In this document: positions 1 to 8,304 of the stretch, one piece after another
Numbering within the stretch: the stretch's first letter is position 1
Layout: every line of letters begins with the position of its first letter
IMG/VR virus record: IMGVR_UViG_2861058914_000003
Source: a virus
Lineage: Duplodnaviria > Heunggongvirae > Uroviricota > Caudoviricetes
Direction: 5' to 3' (one strand)
DNA: 43,448 nucleotides
Notes under the pieces: generated by a model
Told to the model about the DNA's origin: nothing
Databases searched by the model: none
The model's input: only the letters and a program-made list of their open reading frames with translations
Made by a program: the position numbers and the translations under genes

Positions 1-1143
1 CTATGCTGTTTTGATATCTACGATAATCCAGTCTTTACCACGATCATCATTGTATCGGTCGGTCATTTTTCTGGATTTATGGCCTAACAACTTTTGCGTA
101 TCCAGACCCTGTTCCCGATATAACCGTTCTGACAGAGATCGCTGCTCATGAAATGTGGGCGCAGTTCCTTGCTCCCATTTTATGCCACATTTTTCCCGGG
201 CCTTTTTAAAAGCCGTTGTCAGAGTATTTGCAGAAACCTGGTCTCCTCTGTTTGCTTGAGAGGTAGTGTGACGGTAATGGACCAGATATTTACTAACAAC
301 AGCATCCCTGCACTGAGATATAACTTCACGAAGGGTAATATTCAGAGCATCGCATTTCAGGTTAAGCGGAATAGCAAGTTTTGAACCGGTTTTTTCCTGA
401 GTAATGTGCAACATGTCGTCCCATATATCAGAGAATTTCAAATTGCAGATATCGCCTAAACGTTGTCCAGTAACAAGAGCAAGTAGCATGCCGCATTTTA
501 AATAGGGCTGCCGTCTGCTTACGCTGTCAAATATTGCCTGCCATTCGGGCAGTGACAATCTTTGGCGGTTTACTCGATTTCGCGGTTGTTTTGTTGCCTG
601 CGCTGGGTTAAATCCTGGCGGAACATGTCCTGCGTGTTGTGCTTCTTTGAAGACGTCGATCAACACCATTCTCACGACTTGCGCCATCCTGTTATGACCT
701 TCAGCCTTTACAGCATCAATTATTTCGGCAATATCAAGTGCGGTAATATCCTTGAGGTGTTGCATTCCACAATGCTCACGGAAAAGACGAATGGGTTTGC
801 CTTTTTGCCGATAGGAGTTGGGTCTTAGTTCATTATGTTGCAGCCTGTCCTCTTGGATAGAAATATATTTATCAAGCCATTCTGTCACCGTAATGTCTGA
901 GCGCCTGCCTTTCATTCTTTCCAGACGCTCATTGACGCTTAATATTTGTCTGGTACGTTGTTCAGCAATAATGGTATTTGCTTCAGTAGCAACTTGTTTT
1001 GCTTCATTCTCATCAGTTCCTAAGCTATGAAAACGACCGGATAGTGGATGTTTGTATTGCCAATATACCTTTCCGGTTCGCTTATCTAATTTGCAATATA
1101 AATTGGGTATAGAGATTTTGTGAGATCGGGGTCTAGCAGCCAT
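1..1143 (-). CDS. int: Phage tyrosine integrase (lambda Int-like)
   Basis: 380-aa ORF with stop at window position 1-3. C-terminal region HEQRSLSERLY...LLGHKSRKMTDRYNDDRG resembles the lambda Int catalytic region (H-x-x-R and Tyr nucleophile). ATG at 1143 preceded by AAGGA; start overlaps xis. Confidence 0.9.
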   Translation of the reverse strand: MAARPRSHKISIPNLYCKLDKRTGKVYWQYKHPLSGRFHSLGTDENEAKQVATEANTIIAEQRTRQILSVNERLERMKGRRSDITVTEWLDKYISIQEDRLQHNELRPNSYRQKGKPIRLFREHCGMQHLKDITALDIAEIIDAVKAEGHNRMAQVVRMVLIDVFKEAQHAGHVPPGFNPAQATKQPRNRVNRQRLSLPEWQAIFDSVSRRQPYLKCGMLLALVTGQRLGDICNLKFSDIWDDMLHITQEKTGSKLAIPLNLKCDALNITLREVISQCRDAVVSKYLVHYRHTTSQANRGDQVSANTLTTAFKKAREKCGIKWEQGTAPTFHEQRSLSERLYREQGLDTQKLLGHKSRKMTDRYNDDRGKDWIIVDIKTA

Positions 1144-1369
1144 CAGCGATTATCCTTTGGAGTTTTGGGTTTGCGTTTATTGGGAGTTGCGGTTCTGCAA
1201 GCGTTCCTACAAAACGGGAATTTCGGTCAATCATCCAGTAGCGACCAACTTTTATAGCGGGTGGGGCCATCATTTTCCCTTGCGCGTATTTTTTCAGAAC
1301 TCGCTCACTTGGTGCTAAGTCCCCAAATTCTTCTTTAGCCCAGTCCTGTAAAGTGATTAGTCGAGACAT
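1133..1369 (-). CDS. xis: Excisionase
   Basis: 78-aa ORF directly upstream of and overlapping int. N-terminus LITLQDW...PPAIKVGRYW resembles lambda Xis (LTLQEW...PPPVKDGREY). Strong GAGGAGG RBS before ATG. Confidence 0.8.
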   Translation of the reverse strand: MSRLITLQDWAKEEFGDLAPSERVLKKYAQGKMMAPPAIKVGRYWMIDRNSRFVGTLAEPQLPINANPKLQRIIADGC

Positions 1370-1508
1370 TTGTCCTCCTCTTAGCTGCTGAGGGAGTTTG
1401 TGACCGATATATCTGACATGATATTAAGCTCATGGCAGGTACATCTCTTGACTGGTCATAGAGATAAATTTAATGCTGAGAAATGCAGTATTGAATTTAT
1501 CAATTTTT

Positions 1509-1748
1509 CTATTTCCTGCGCATGTCACGTAACTTCTTAATGTGTTCTGCCGTTTCGATCTCTTCTGCTATCCGATCTGCATCAGCTTTATTCACAGGTT
1601 CAAAGTCATGATTAAAGCGGAACATGCTGGCGATACATGTTCTGCCTTTTCGGATGTAGTGAACTTTGTTGTGGGTAGAACGCAGGATTTTGCAGGGAGT
1701 GCCGTGGTGGTCGACGTACCAGGTGTTAGGGTCAATCACTCTGAACAT
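1509..1748 (-). CDS. Hypothetical early-left protein (79 aa)
   Basis: ORF in the tightly packed leftward operon; no function recognised. Confidence 0.5.
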   Translation of the reverse strand: MFRVIDPNTWYVDHHGTPCKILRSTHNKVHYIRKGRTCIASMFRFNHDFEPVNKADADRIAEEIETAEHIKKLRDMRRK

Positions 1749-2061
1749 TCTTGACCTTGTGTTGTGCGGATTGATATTCAGTGCTGATATTCACCTTTAT
1801 AGCGAACACCTTTACCGGTTTATCGCCAAAGTGCGGATGTGTGATTGTCTTCACTTCATATCCGTCATACGGAACATCAATTCTGCGACTGGAATCGTCG
1901 CGCTTCGGATATCCCTTTGTGATAATCAGGCGGTCATATTCCCGGAACATAATTCGCTTATTCCAGTAGTCATTACACAAGCGATACTCTTCCGTTTTCT
2001 CTCCGCGAATCATGGCATCGAAGTATTCACTTTTAACAGCAAGTTGCAGGTTAGCCATCAC
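1732..2061 (-). CDS. Hypothetical early-left protein (109 aa), possibly ASCH-like
   Basis: ORF overlaps its neighbours by a few codons, typical of phage operons. ASCH-like assignment is a weak impression only. Confidence 0.5.
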   Translation of the reverse strand: MMANLQLAVKSEYFDAMIRGEKTEEYRLCNDYWNKRIMFREYDRLIITKGYPKRDDSSRRIDVPYDGYEVKTITHPHFGDKPVKVFAIKVNISTEYQSAQHKVKNVQSD

Positions 2062-2279
2062 TTAATCCCCCTTTGTTTGCGGATAAGCTCCAGATCTTGC
2101 TGGCAACTGGCGCAAGTCCGACAACCCTGAACGGCCAGGCGTCTTCGTTCATCTATCGGATCGCCACACTCACAACAATGAGTGGCAGATACAGCCAGGT
2201 AGTTCAGGCGGCGCATTTTTATTGCTGTGTTGCGCTGTAATTCTTCTATTTCTGATGCTGAATCAATGATGTCTGCCAT
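2058..2279 (-). CDS. TraR/DksA-family C4 zinc-finger protein
   Basis: 73-aa ORF with CxxC-(17)-CxxC motif (CCECGDPI...CRTCASC), typical of phage TraR/DksA-like proteins. Confidence 0.75.
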   Translation of the reverse strand: MADIIDSASEIEELQRNTAIKMRRLNYLAVSATHCCECGDPIDERRRLAVQGCRTCASCQQDLELIRKQRGIK

Positions 2280-2334
2280 CTTTCATTAATCCCTGAACTG
2301 TTGGTTAATACGCTTGAGGGTGAATGCGAACAAT

Positions 2335-2355
2335 AAAAAAGGAGCCTGTAGCTCC
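2335..2355 (-). terminator. Intrinsic terminator inside the leftward operon
   Basis: On the minus strand GGAGC-tacag-GCUCC is followed by a run of six U. It lies between the 93-aa ORF and the TraR-like gene. Confidence 0.45.
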
Positions 2356-2377
2356 CTGATAATTTTGCTTTTCATGT

Positions 2378-2659
2378 TCATCGTTCCTTAAAGACGCCGT
2401 TTAACATGCCGATTGCCAGGCTTAAATGAGTCGGTGTGAATCCCTTCAGCGTTACCGTTTCGCGGTGCTTCTTCAGTACGCTACGGCAAATGTCATTGAC
2501 GTTTTTATCCGGAAACTGCTGTCTGACTTTTTTGATTTCAGAATTAGCCTGACGGGCAATGCTGCGAAGGGCATTTTCTTGCTGAGGTGTCACTGAACAA
2601 GCCCCATGTCGGCAAGCATAAGCACACAGAATATGAAGCCCGCTGCCAGAAAAATGCAT
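2378..2659 (-). CDS. Hypothetical early-left protein (93 aa)
   Basis: ORF; start 10 nt downstream of the stop of the preceding gene; no function recognised. Confidence 0.45.
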   Translation of the reverse strand: MHFSGSGLHILCAYACRHGACSVTPQQENALRSIARQANSEIKKVRQQFPDKNVNDICRSVLKKHRETVTLKGFTPTHLSLAIGMLNGVFKER

Positions 2660-2669
2660 TCAGTGGTTG

Positions 2670-2861
2670 TCATACCTGGTCTCTCTCATCTGCTTCTGCT
2701 TTCGCCACCATCATTTCCAGCTTTTGTGAAAGGGATGTGGCTAACGTATGAAATTCTTCGTCTGTTTCTGCTGGTATTGGCACAAACCTGACTCCAATTT
2801 GAGCAAGGCTATGTGCCAAATCAATACTCGTTCTTAACTCAACAGGAGATGCTTTGTGCAT
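2670..2861 (-). CDS. Hypothetical early-left protein (63 aa)
   Basis: ORF with G-rich RBS before ATG; no function recognised. Confidence 0.5.
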   Translation of the reverse strand: MHKASPVELRTSIDLAHSLAQIGVRFVPIPAETDEEFHTLATSLSQKLEMMVAKAEADERDQV

Positions 2862-3022
2862 ACCGCCCCCCGTTTATTATTTATCTCCTCAGCCAGCCGC
2901 TGGGCTTTCAGCGGATTTCGGATAACAGAAAGACCGTGAAATACCCAGCCTCGCTTTGTAACGGAGTAGACGAAAGTGATCGCGCCTACCCGGATATTAT
3001 CGTGAGGATGGGTCATCGCCAT
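2834..3022 (-). CDS. Hypothetical early-left protein (62 aa)
   Basis: ATG overlaps the exo stop (ATGGCGATGA), indicating translational coupling. Confidence 0.5.
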   Translation of the reverse strand: MAMTHPHDNIRVGAITFVYSVTKRGWVFHGLSVIRNPLKAQRLAEEINNKRGAVCTKHLLLS

Positions 3023-3693
3023 TGCTCTCCAAATACAAAACCAATTTCAGCCAGTGCTTCGTCCATTTTTTCGATGAACTCCGGCACCATCTCGTCAAAA
3101 CTCGCCATGTACTTTTCATCCCGCTCAACCACGACATAATGCAGGCCTTCACGCTTCATTCGTGGGTCATAGTTGGCAAAGTACCAGGCATCTTTTCGTG
3201 TCACCCACATGCTGTACTGCACCTGGGCCATGTAAGCCGACTTTATGGCCTCGAAACCACCGAGCCGGAACTTCATGAAATCCCGGGAGGTAAACGGGCA
3301 TTTCAGCTCAAGGCCATTGCCGTCACTGCATAAACCATCGGGAGAGCAGGCGGTGCGCATACTTTCGTCGCGATAGATGATCGGGGATTCAGTAACATTC
3401 ACGCCGGAAGTGAATTCAAACAGGGTTCTGGCGTCGTTCTCGTACTGTTTTCCCCACGCCAGCGCCTTAGCATTAACTTCCGGAGCCACACCGGTGCAAA
3501 CCTCAGCCAGCAGGGTGTGGAAGTAGGACATTTTCATGTCAGGCCACTTCTTTCCTGAGCGGGGCTTTGCTATCACGTTGTGAACTTCTGAAGCGGTGAT
3601 GACGCCGAGCCGTAATTTGTGCCATGCATCATCCCCCTGTTCGACAGCTCTCACGTCGATCCCGGTACGCTGCAGGATAATGTCCGGTGTCAT
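3013..3693 (-). CDS. exo: Lambda exonuclease (Red alpha)
   Basis: 226-aa [33 protein letters not shown]... matches lambda Exo as I recall it, at the same length. Confidence 0.97.
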   Translation of the reverse strand: MTPDIILQRTGIDVRAVEQGDDAWHKLRLGVITASEVHNVIAKPRSGKKWPDMKMSYFHTLLAEVCTGVAPEVNAKALAWGKQYENDARTLFEFTSGVNVTESPIIYRDESMRTACSPDGLCSDGNGLELKCPFTSRDFMKFRLGGFEAIKSAYMAQVQYSMWVTRKDAWYFANYDPRMKREGLHYVVVERDEKYMASFDEMVPEFIEKMDEALAEIGFVFGEQWR

Positions 3694-4475
3694 GCTGCCA
3701 CCTTCTGCTCAGTGGCTTTCTGTTTCAGGAATCCAAGAGCTTTCACTGCTTCGGCCTGTGTCAGTTCTGACGATGCGCGAATGTCGCGGCGAAATATCTG
3801 GGAACAGAGCGGCAATAAGTCGTCATCCCATGTTTTGTCCAGGGCAATCAGCAGAGTGTTAATCTCCTGCATGGTTTCATCGTTAACCGGAGTGATGTCG
3901 CGTTCCGGCTGACGTTCCGCAGTGTATGCAGTATTTTCGACAATGCGCTCGGCTTCATCCTTGTCATAGATACCAGCAAATCCGAAGGCCAGACGGGCAC
4001 ACTGAATCATGGCTTTATGCCGTAACATCCGTTTGGGATGCGACTGCCACGGCCCCGTGATTTCTCTGCCTTCGCGAGTTTTGAATGGTTCGCGGCGGCA
4101 TTCATCCATCCATTCGGTAACGCAGATCGGATGATTGCGGTCTTTGCGGTAAATCCGGCACGTACATGATTCATTGTCCTGCTCAAAGTCCATGCCATCA
4201 AACTGCTGGTTTTCATTGATGATGCGGGACCAGCCATCAACGCCCACCACCGGAACGATGCCGTTCTGCTTATCAGGGAAGGCGTAAATTTCTTTCGTCC
4301 ACGGATTAAGGCCGTACTGGTTGGCGACGATCAGCAATGCGATGAACTGCGCATCGCTGGCATCACCTTTAAATGCCGTCTGACGAAGAGTGGTGATCAG
4401 TTCCTGTGGGTCGACAGAATCCATGCCGACACGTTCAGCCAGCTTCCCAGCCAGCGTTGCGAGTGCTGTACTCAT
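3690..4475 (-). CDS. bet: Recombinase Bet (Red beta, single-strand annealing protein)
   Basis: 261-aa [23 protein letters not shown]... matches lambda Bet; overlaps the exo start. Confidence 0.97.
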   Translation of the reverse strand: MSTALATLAGKLAERVGMDSVDPQELITTLRQTAFKGDASDAQFIALLIVANQYGLNPWTKEIYAFPDKQNGIVPVVGVDGWSRIINENQQFDGMDFEQDNESCTCRIYRKDRNHPICVTEWMDECRREPFKTREGREITGPWQSHPKRMLRHKAMIQCARLAFGFAGIYDKDEAERIVENTAYTAERQPERDITPVNDETMQEINTLLIALDKTWDDDLLPLCSQIFRRDIRASSELTQAEAVKALGFLKQKATEQKVAA

Positions 4476-4480
4476 CCGTT

Positions 4481-4777
4481 TTATACCTCTGAATCAATAT
4501 CAACATGGTGGTGAGCAATGGTTTCAACCATGTACCGGATGTGTTCTGCCATGCGCTCCTGAAACTCAACATCGTCATCAAACGCACGGGTAATGGCTTT
4601 TTTGCTGGCCCCGCAGCGTTGCAAATGATCGATGCAGAGTGATTCAAACAGGTGCTGTGGAAGACCTTTTTCCATGTCGTCTGCCAGTTCTGCCTCTTTC
4701 TCTTCACGGGCGATCTGCTGGTAGTGACGCGCCCAGCTTTGAGCCTCAAGACGATCCTGAATGTAATAAGCGTTCAT
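4481..4777 (-). CDS. gam: Gam (RecBCD inhibitor), short 98-aa form
   Basis: [21 protein letters not shown]... matches the C-terminal 98 aa of lambda Gam. AGGAG RBS precedes the ATG; an in-frame stop lies ~19 codons upstream, so no long GamL form. Confidence 0.9.
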   Translation of the reverse strand: MNAYYIQDRLEAQSWARHYQQIAREEKEAELADDMEKGLPQHLFESLCIDHLQRCGASKKAITRAFDDDVEFQERMAEHIRYMVETIAHHHVDIDSEV

Positions 4778-4852
4778 GGCTGAACTCCTGAAAATGGCTG
4801 TGAAAATATCGCCTGCGAAATGCCGGGCTGATTAGGTAAACAGGAAAGGGGA

Positions 4853-5143
4853 TTAGTGATTCAGGCCGTTGCCGCGTCCGTCGAGAAAAACTTCCACGAG
4901 CAAATCACGGGTATAAGTGCGCTCGATGCCGCGATGCAGATAAAGCCGTCCGCGTAAATTAGCTGATGCAGTCCAGGTACCATCTTTGTGTTTGACCAGC
5001 ATTCCTGGCATGACCGCACCGCGATTAACGGTCTGCGTTCCGTAATGTTGATGAACCATAAAAACTCCTGCCCGTAAGCTGGGCTGCTGAACATATAGAG
5101 ACTTCTGCGCGTATTCAGGCGGTGGATGGCCGCCGGTTGTCAT
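4853..5143 (-). CDS. Hypothetical protein at the kil/cIII position (96 aa)
   Basis: First ORF downstream of the pL leader; not Arg-rich and not N-like; function unknown. Confidence 0.45.
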   Translation of the reverse strand: MTTGGHPPPEYAQKSLYVQQPSLRAGVFMVHQHYGTQTVNRGAVMPGMLVKHKDGTWTASANLRGRLYLHRGIERTYTRDLLVEVFLDGRGNGLNH

Positions 5144-5336
5144 AACTAAGCCGCCTCGTTGAAGCGACTAAGGTATGAAATGTTGAGTTAATTTCAGCTG
5201 GTCACACCGACGTTCACGCGTCCGTTTCACCCCTCGCACTCCCCGAAGCCTGCTGAAATTCAAACTGCGGATCTAAGCGGTCATCGCAACGGTGAATCAG
5301 GTAGTTGCCGTATCGTTGTGTTGTTGCGATGAACTT

Positions 5337-5365
5337 ATTTAAAACTATAGTTGTTTTATCGTCAA
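5337..5365 (-). promoter_or_regulatory. Candidate pL promoter overlapping an OL-like operator
   Basis: Minus strand reads TTGACG, 17 bp, TTAAAT. It overlaps the palindrome AACAACAAAAGTTGTT (about 5364-5379) and neighbouring GTTGTT half-sites. Confidence 0.3.
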
Positions 5366-5500
5366 CAACAAAAGTTGTTTTATTGGTTGTTTTAGATATA
5401 ACTGGTTGTATTTAGGATGGATTTATTTTGTGACTTGAATCGCATAGCGATAACTGAAGCGAGGTTATGGTGGTTTTTTTAACGGTGTGTGTGATGAGGG

Positions 5501-5533
5501 GAGGGCAAAAGAAAACCCGGCACGGTGACCGGG
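5501..5533 (-). terminator. Intrinsic terminator downstream of cI
   Basis: Minus strand has a GC-rich stem (CCCGG...CCGGG) followed by UUUUCUUUUG, about 120 nt past the cI stop. Confidence 0.45.
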
Positions 5534-5654
5534 ATTCTTACGCCGTTAGGTAAAGATATTATTGCGGTGGCTTAATATTACTACCTAGAGCAAAGATAGG
5601 AATTAGTTCTTTACTGAATGAGCACAATGCCCAGTTGATAATTTTTAATTGGTA

Positions 5655-6344
5655 CTACCCATGCTTCCTATATGTCTGCGGCATGCTCCCAATAACCTTA
5701 CCGAAGATGAACACCCGGTTCATCTCGTCTTTCTCGATCGGGTCCCACGGTGAGTAGCTTTTGTTATCAGAGATGACCAGCAGCTTATCCTTCATCATTT
5801 GCAGGCGCTTTACATGGGCTGTGTCGTCGTACAGAAACGCATAGATACCATCACCGTCGAAAGATTTAACTGTGATATCAACGAACAGCAGATCACCTGG
5901 TTCGATCGTTCCTGACATGCTGTCACCACGCACGTTAATGATGCGGATATTTTCCGCCTTCCTACCATCGAACATGTGACGAGCATCGTCAAACGAGTAC
6001 TCAACCGAGCGTAGAACTTCTACAAACTCACGGTTGATGACTCCCGGCCCAGCACTGACTTCTATATCAAGAACGTCAATCTTGAAGTATTTGGAATGGC
6101 TGACAGTTGATTGTATTGGTTGCACTGTACTGTCTGACATATTTCCAACGCCAGAAGATAACCATTCTGCGCGCACACCCAAAGCGTTCGCGATCTCCAC
6201 GATTTTAGTTGTTTGATTAGCTTTCCCTGTTTCGATTTTCTGAATAGCAGCCTGGCTAACCCCGACCAAATCCCCAAGCGCCTTTTGTGTAAGGCCTCGC
6301 GCTAATCTGGCTTCTTTAAGTCTTTCTGAGAGTGTTGTTTTCAT
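5655..6344 (-). CDS. cI: CI-type prophage repressor (HTH plus LexA-like S24 peptidase domain)
   Basis: N-terminal HTH (LTQKALGDLVGVSQAAIQKIETGK). C-terminal domain has the self-cleavage signature (VRGDSMSGTIEPGDLLFVD...HVKRLQ). Start placed at ATG 6344 (MKTTLSERL...), ~105 bp from the cro ATG as in lambda; the upstream ATG at 6410 sits inside the operator. Confidence 0.8.
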   Translation of the reverse strand: MKTTLSERLKEARLARGLTQKALGDLVGVSQAAIQKIETGKANQTTKIVEIANALGVRAEWLSSGVGNMSDSTVQPIQSTVSHSKYFKIDVLDIEVSAGPGVINREFVEVLRSVEYSFDDARHMFDGRKAENIRIINVRGDSMSGTIEPGDLLFVDITVKSFDGDGIYAFLYDDTAHVKRLQMMKDKLLVISDNKSYSPWDPIEKDEMNRVFIFGKVIGSMPQTYRKHG

Positions 6345-6385
6345 AGTCCAAATGTACAACCAAGGTTTTATTCCATCAAACGAAA

Positions 6386-6422
6386 ATGGTTGTTGACTAA
6401 AAACAACCATAGTTTTAATCTT
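6386..6422 (+). promoter_or_regulatory. OR-like operator palindrome overlapping candidate pR
   Basis: 25-bp perfect palindrome ATGGTTGTTGACTAAAAACAACCAT. Within it: -35 TTGACT, 17-bp spacer, -10 TAATCT, then a GGAGG RBS and the cro ATG at 6449. Confidence 0.45.
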
Positions 6423-6448
6423 GATTCAAATTAACCACGGAGGTTGTT

Positions 6449-6679
6449 ATGAACCCAGCTATCAAAACAGCGATCAATATCGTTGGTTCACAAAAGAAAC
6501 TGGGCGCTGCTTGCGAAGTTTCACAGCAGGCCGTCTATAAGTGGCTTCACAACAAAGCAAAGGTATCCCCTGAACATGTCGGCAGCATTGTTACGGCTAC
6601 TGGTGGAGTAGTGAAGGCATACCAGATTCGCCCGGATCTTCCGAAGTTGTTTCCACACACCGAAAAGAACGCAGCTTAA
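6449..6679 (+). CDS. cro: Cro-like HTH regulator (YdaS family)
   Basis: 76-aa ORF divergent from cI. MNPAIKTAINIVGSQKKLGAACEVSQQAVYKW resembles YdaS/Cro-type HTH proteins. Confidence 0.75.
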   Translation: MNPAIKTAINIVGSQKKLGAACEVSQQAVYKWLHNKAKVSPEHVGSIVTATGGVVKAYQIRPDLPKLFPHTEKNAA

Positions 6680-6748
6680 ATTTCCATTTCACGCTCTTTA
6701 ACAATAAGCAATCAACTTAACAGTCAATTCAAACTAAAGGAGTCAATT

Positions 6749-7288
6749 ATGCAACCACTTACATACCAACAGACTAGCGGATTTAGCCCGACTGCGGTGA
6801 TAAATCGTTCTCAAACAAAACAGGTGCCAGGCCACGAAAAAATCCGTGATGCCGTCCGCGCCTGGTCGGCTGTAGATAATCAGGATGTCGTTGCCACACT
6901 CATTGTGAATGAGTATCTGGAGCAGGGCGGCGGCACCATCGATTTCCCTGATGATGTCAGCCGTGCACGCCAGAAGCTGTTCCGCTTCCTCGATAACAAA
7001 TTCGATTCTGAAAAATACCGAAATAACGTGCGTGAACTGACCCCGGCAATTCTGGCGGTACTACCGCTGGAATATCGCGGTTACCTGGTTGAGCAGGATA
7101 GCTTCATGGCTAGGTTGGCTGAAATGGAAAAGGAACTCAGTGAGGCAAAACAGGCTGTCATTCTCAACGCACCACGCCACCAGAAACTGAAGGAAATTAG
7201 TGAAGGTATTGTGTCGATGTTTCGTGTGGACCCAGATCTGGCTGGTCCATTGATGGCGATGGTTACTACCATGCTGGGGGCGATATGA
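6749..7288 (+). CDS. YdaT-family protein (CII-like regulator position)
   Basis: 179-aa ORF between cro and O. Motifs EYLEQGGG and LTPAILAVLPLEYRGYL resemble Rac/CP-933P YdaT as I recall it. Confidence 0.6.
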   Translation: MQPLTYQQTSGFSPTAVINRSQTKQVPGHEKIRDAVRAWSAVDNQDVVATLIVNEYLEQGGGTIDFPDDVSRARQKLFRFLDNKFDSEKYRNNVRELTPAILAVLPLEYRGYLVEQDSFMARLAEMEKELSEAKQAVILNAPRHQKLKEISEGIVSMFRVDPDLAGPLMAMVTTMLGAI

Positions 7289-7374
7289 CAGGTTCAGAAA
7301 TGGCGAAAGCCGGTCTGCTGGAACAGAACCGACTTTCAGGTGCAAATCGTAACACACTCATTGCGGGAGGAATT

Positions 7375-8304
7375 ATGGCAAACACTGCTGAGATATTCAA
7401 TTTTCCAGTGCCGGATGCGGCACAAAAGGAGCCGCGCGTGGCAGATCTCGATGATGGTTATACGCGCATTGCAAATGAGTTGCTGGAAGCTGTGATGCTG
7501 GCCGGATTAACACAGCACCAGCTTCTGGTCTTTCTGGCTGTCATGCGCAAAACATATGGCTTTAATAAAAAACTGGATTGGGTTAGCAACGAGCAACTTT
7601 CCGAATTAACCGGGATATTGCCGCACAAGTGTTCTGCTGCAAAAAGTGTTCTGGTAAAGCGTGGGATTTTTATTCAGAGCGGGCGGAATACCGGCATTAA
7701 TAATGTGGTCAGTGAATGGTCAACATTACCCGAATCAGGTAAGAAAAATAAAGTTTACCTGAAAGAGGTAAATTTACCTGAATCAGGTAAAAAAAGTTTA
7801 CCCAAATCAGGTAAAGGCGTTTACCCGAATCAGGTAAACACAAAAGACAAACTAACAAAAGACAATATAAAACCTTTTTCGTCCGAGAATTCTGGCGAAT
7901 CCTCTGACCAACCAGAAAACGATCTTCCTGTGGTGAAACCGGATGCTGCAATTCAGAGCGGCAGCAAGTGGGGGACAGCAGAAGACCTGACCGCCGCAGA
8001 GTGGATGTTTGACATGGTGAAGACCATCGCGCCATCAGCCAGAAAACCGAATTTTGCAGGGTGGGCTAACGATATCCGCCTGATGCGTGAACGTGACGGA
8101 CGTAACCACCGCGACATGTGCGTGCTGTTCCGCTGGGCATGCCAGGACAACTTCTGGTCCGGTAACGTGCTAAGTCCGGCCAAACTCCGCGACAAGTGGA
8201 CCCAACTCGAAATCAACCGTAACAAGCAACAGGCAGGCGTGACAGCTAGCAAACCAAAACTCGACCTGACAAACACAGACTGGATTTACGGGGTGGATCT
8301 ATGA
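7375..8304 (+). CDS. O: Replication initiator O (lambda O family)
   Basis: From ATG 7375 with GGGAGG RBS. MANTAEIFNF...ADLDDGYTRIANELLEA...RKTYGFNK aligns with the lambda O N-terminal DNA-binding domain. The ORF track start at 7285 is probably an upstream extension. Confidence 0.85.
   Translation: MANTAEIFNFPVPDAAQKEPRVADLDDGYTRIANELLEAVMLAGLTQHQLLVFLAVMRKTYGFNKKLDWVSNEQLSELTGILPHKCSAAKSVLVKRGIFIQSGRNTGINNVVSEWSTLPESGKKNKVYLKEVNLPESGKKSLPKSGKGVYPNQVNTKDKLTKDNIKPFSSENSGESSDQPENDLPVVKPDAAIQSGSKWGTAEDLTAAEWMFDMVKTIAPSARKPNFAGWANDIRLMRERDGRNHRDMCVLFRWACQDNFWSGNVLSPAKLRDKWTQLEINRNKQQAGVTASKPKLDLTNTDWIYGVDL
7726..7837. repeat. Replication origin iterons inside O
   Basis: Five 17-bp palindromic iterons TTACC-N7-GGTAA (four of form TTACCYGAATCAGGTAA/TTACCCAAATCAGGTAA, one degenerate) at about 7726, 7755, 7774, 7798 and 7821. 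An A-rich tract follows (7838-7880), matching lambda ori architecture. Confidence 0.6.

Noticed and set aside
1666..2130. 154-aa plus-strand ORF overlapping the early-left genes
   Set aside because: It is antisense to three tightly coupled leftward genes with proper RBS and start overlaps, and has no recognisable features.
4853..5143. The 96-aa ORF as an N antiterminator
   Set aside because: It has no arginine-rich motif and no resemblance to lambda, P22 or 21 N proteins.
6345..6410. ATG at 6410 as the cI start (track ORF 5655-6410)
   Set aside because: That ATG lies inside the operator palindrome and pR -35. The ATG at 6344 gives a lambda-like cI to cro spacing and an N-terminus starting just before the HTH.
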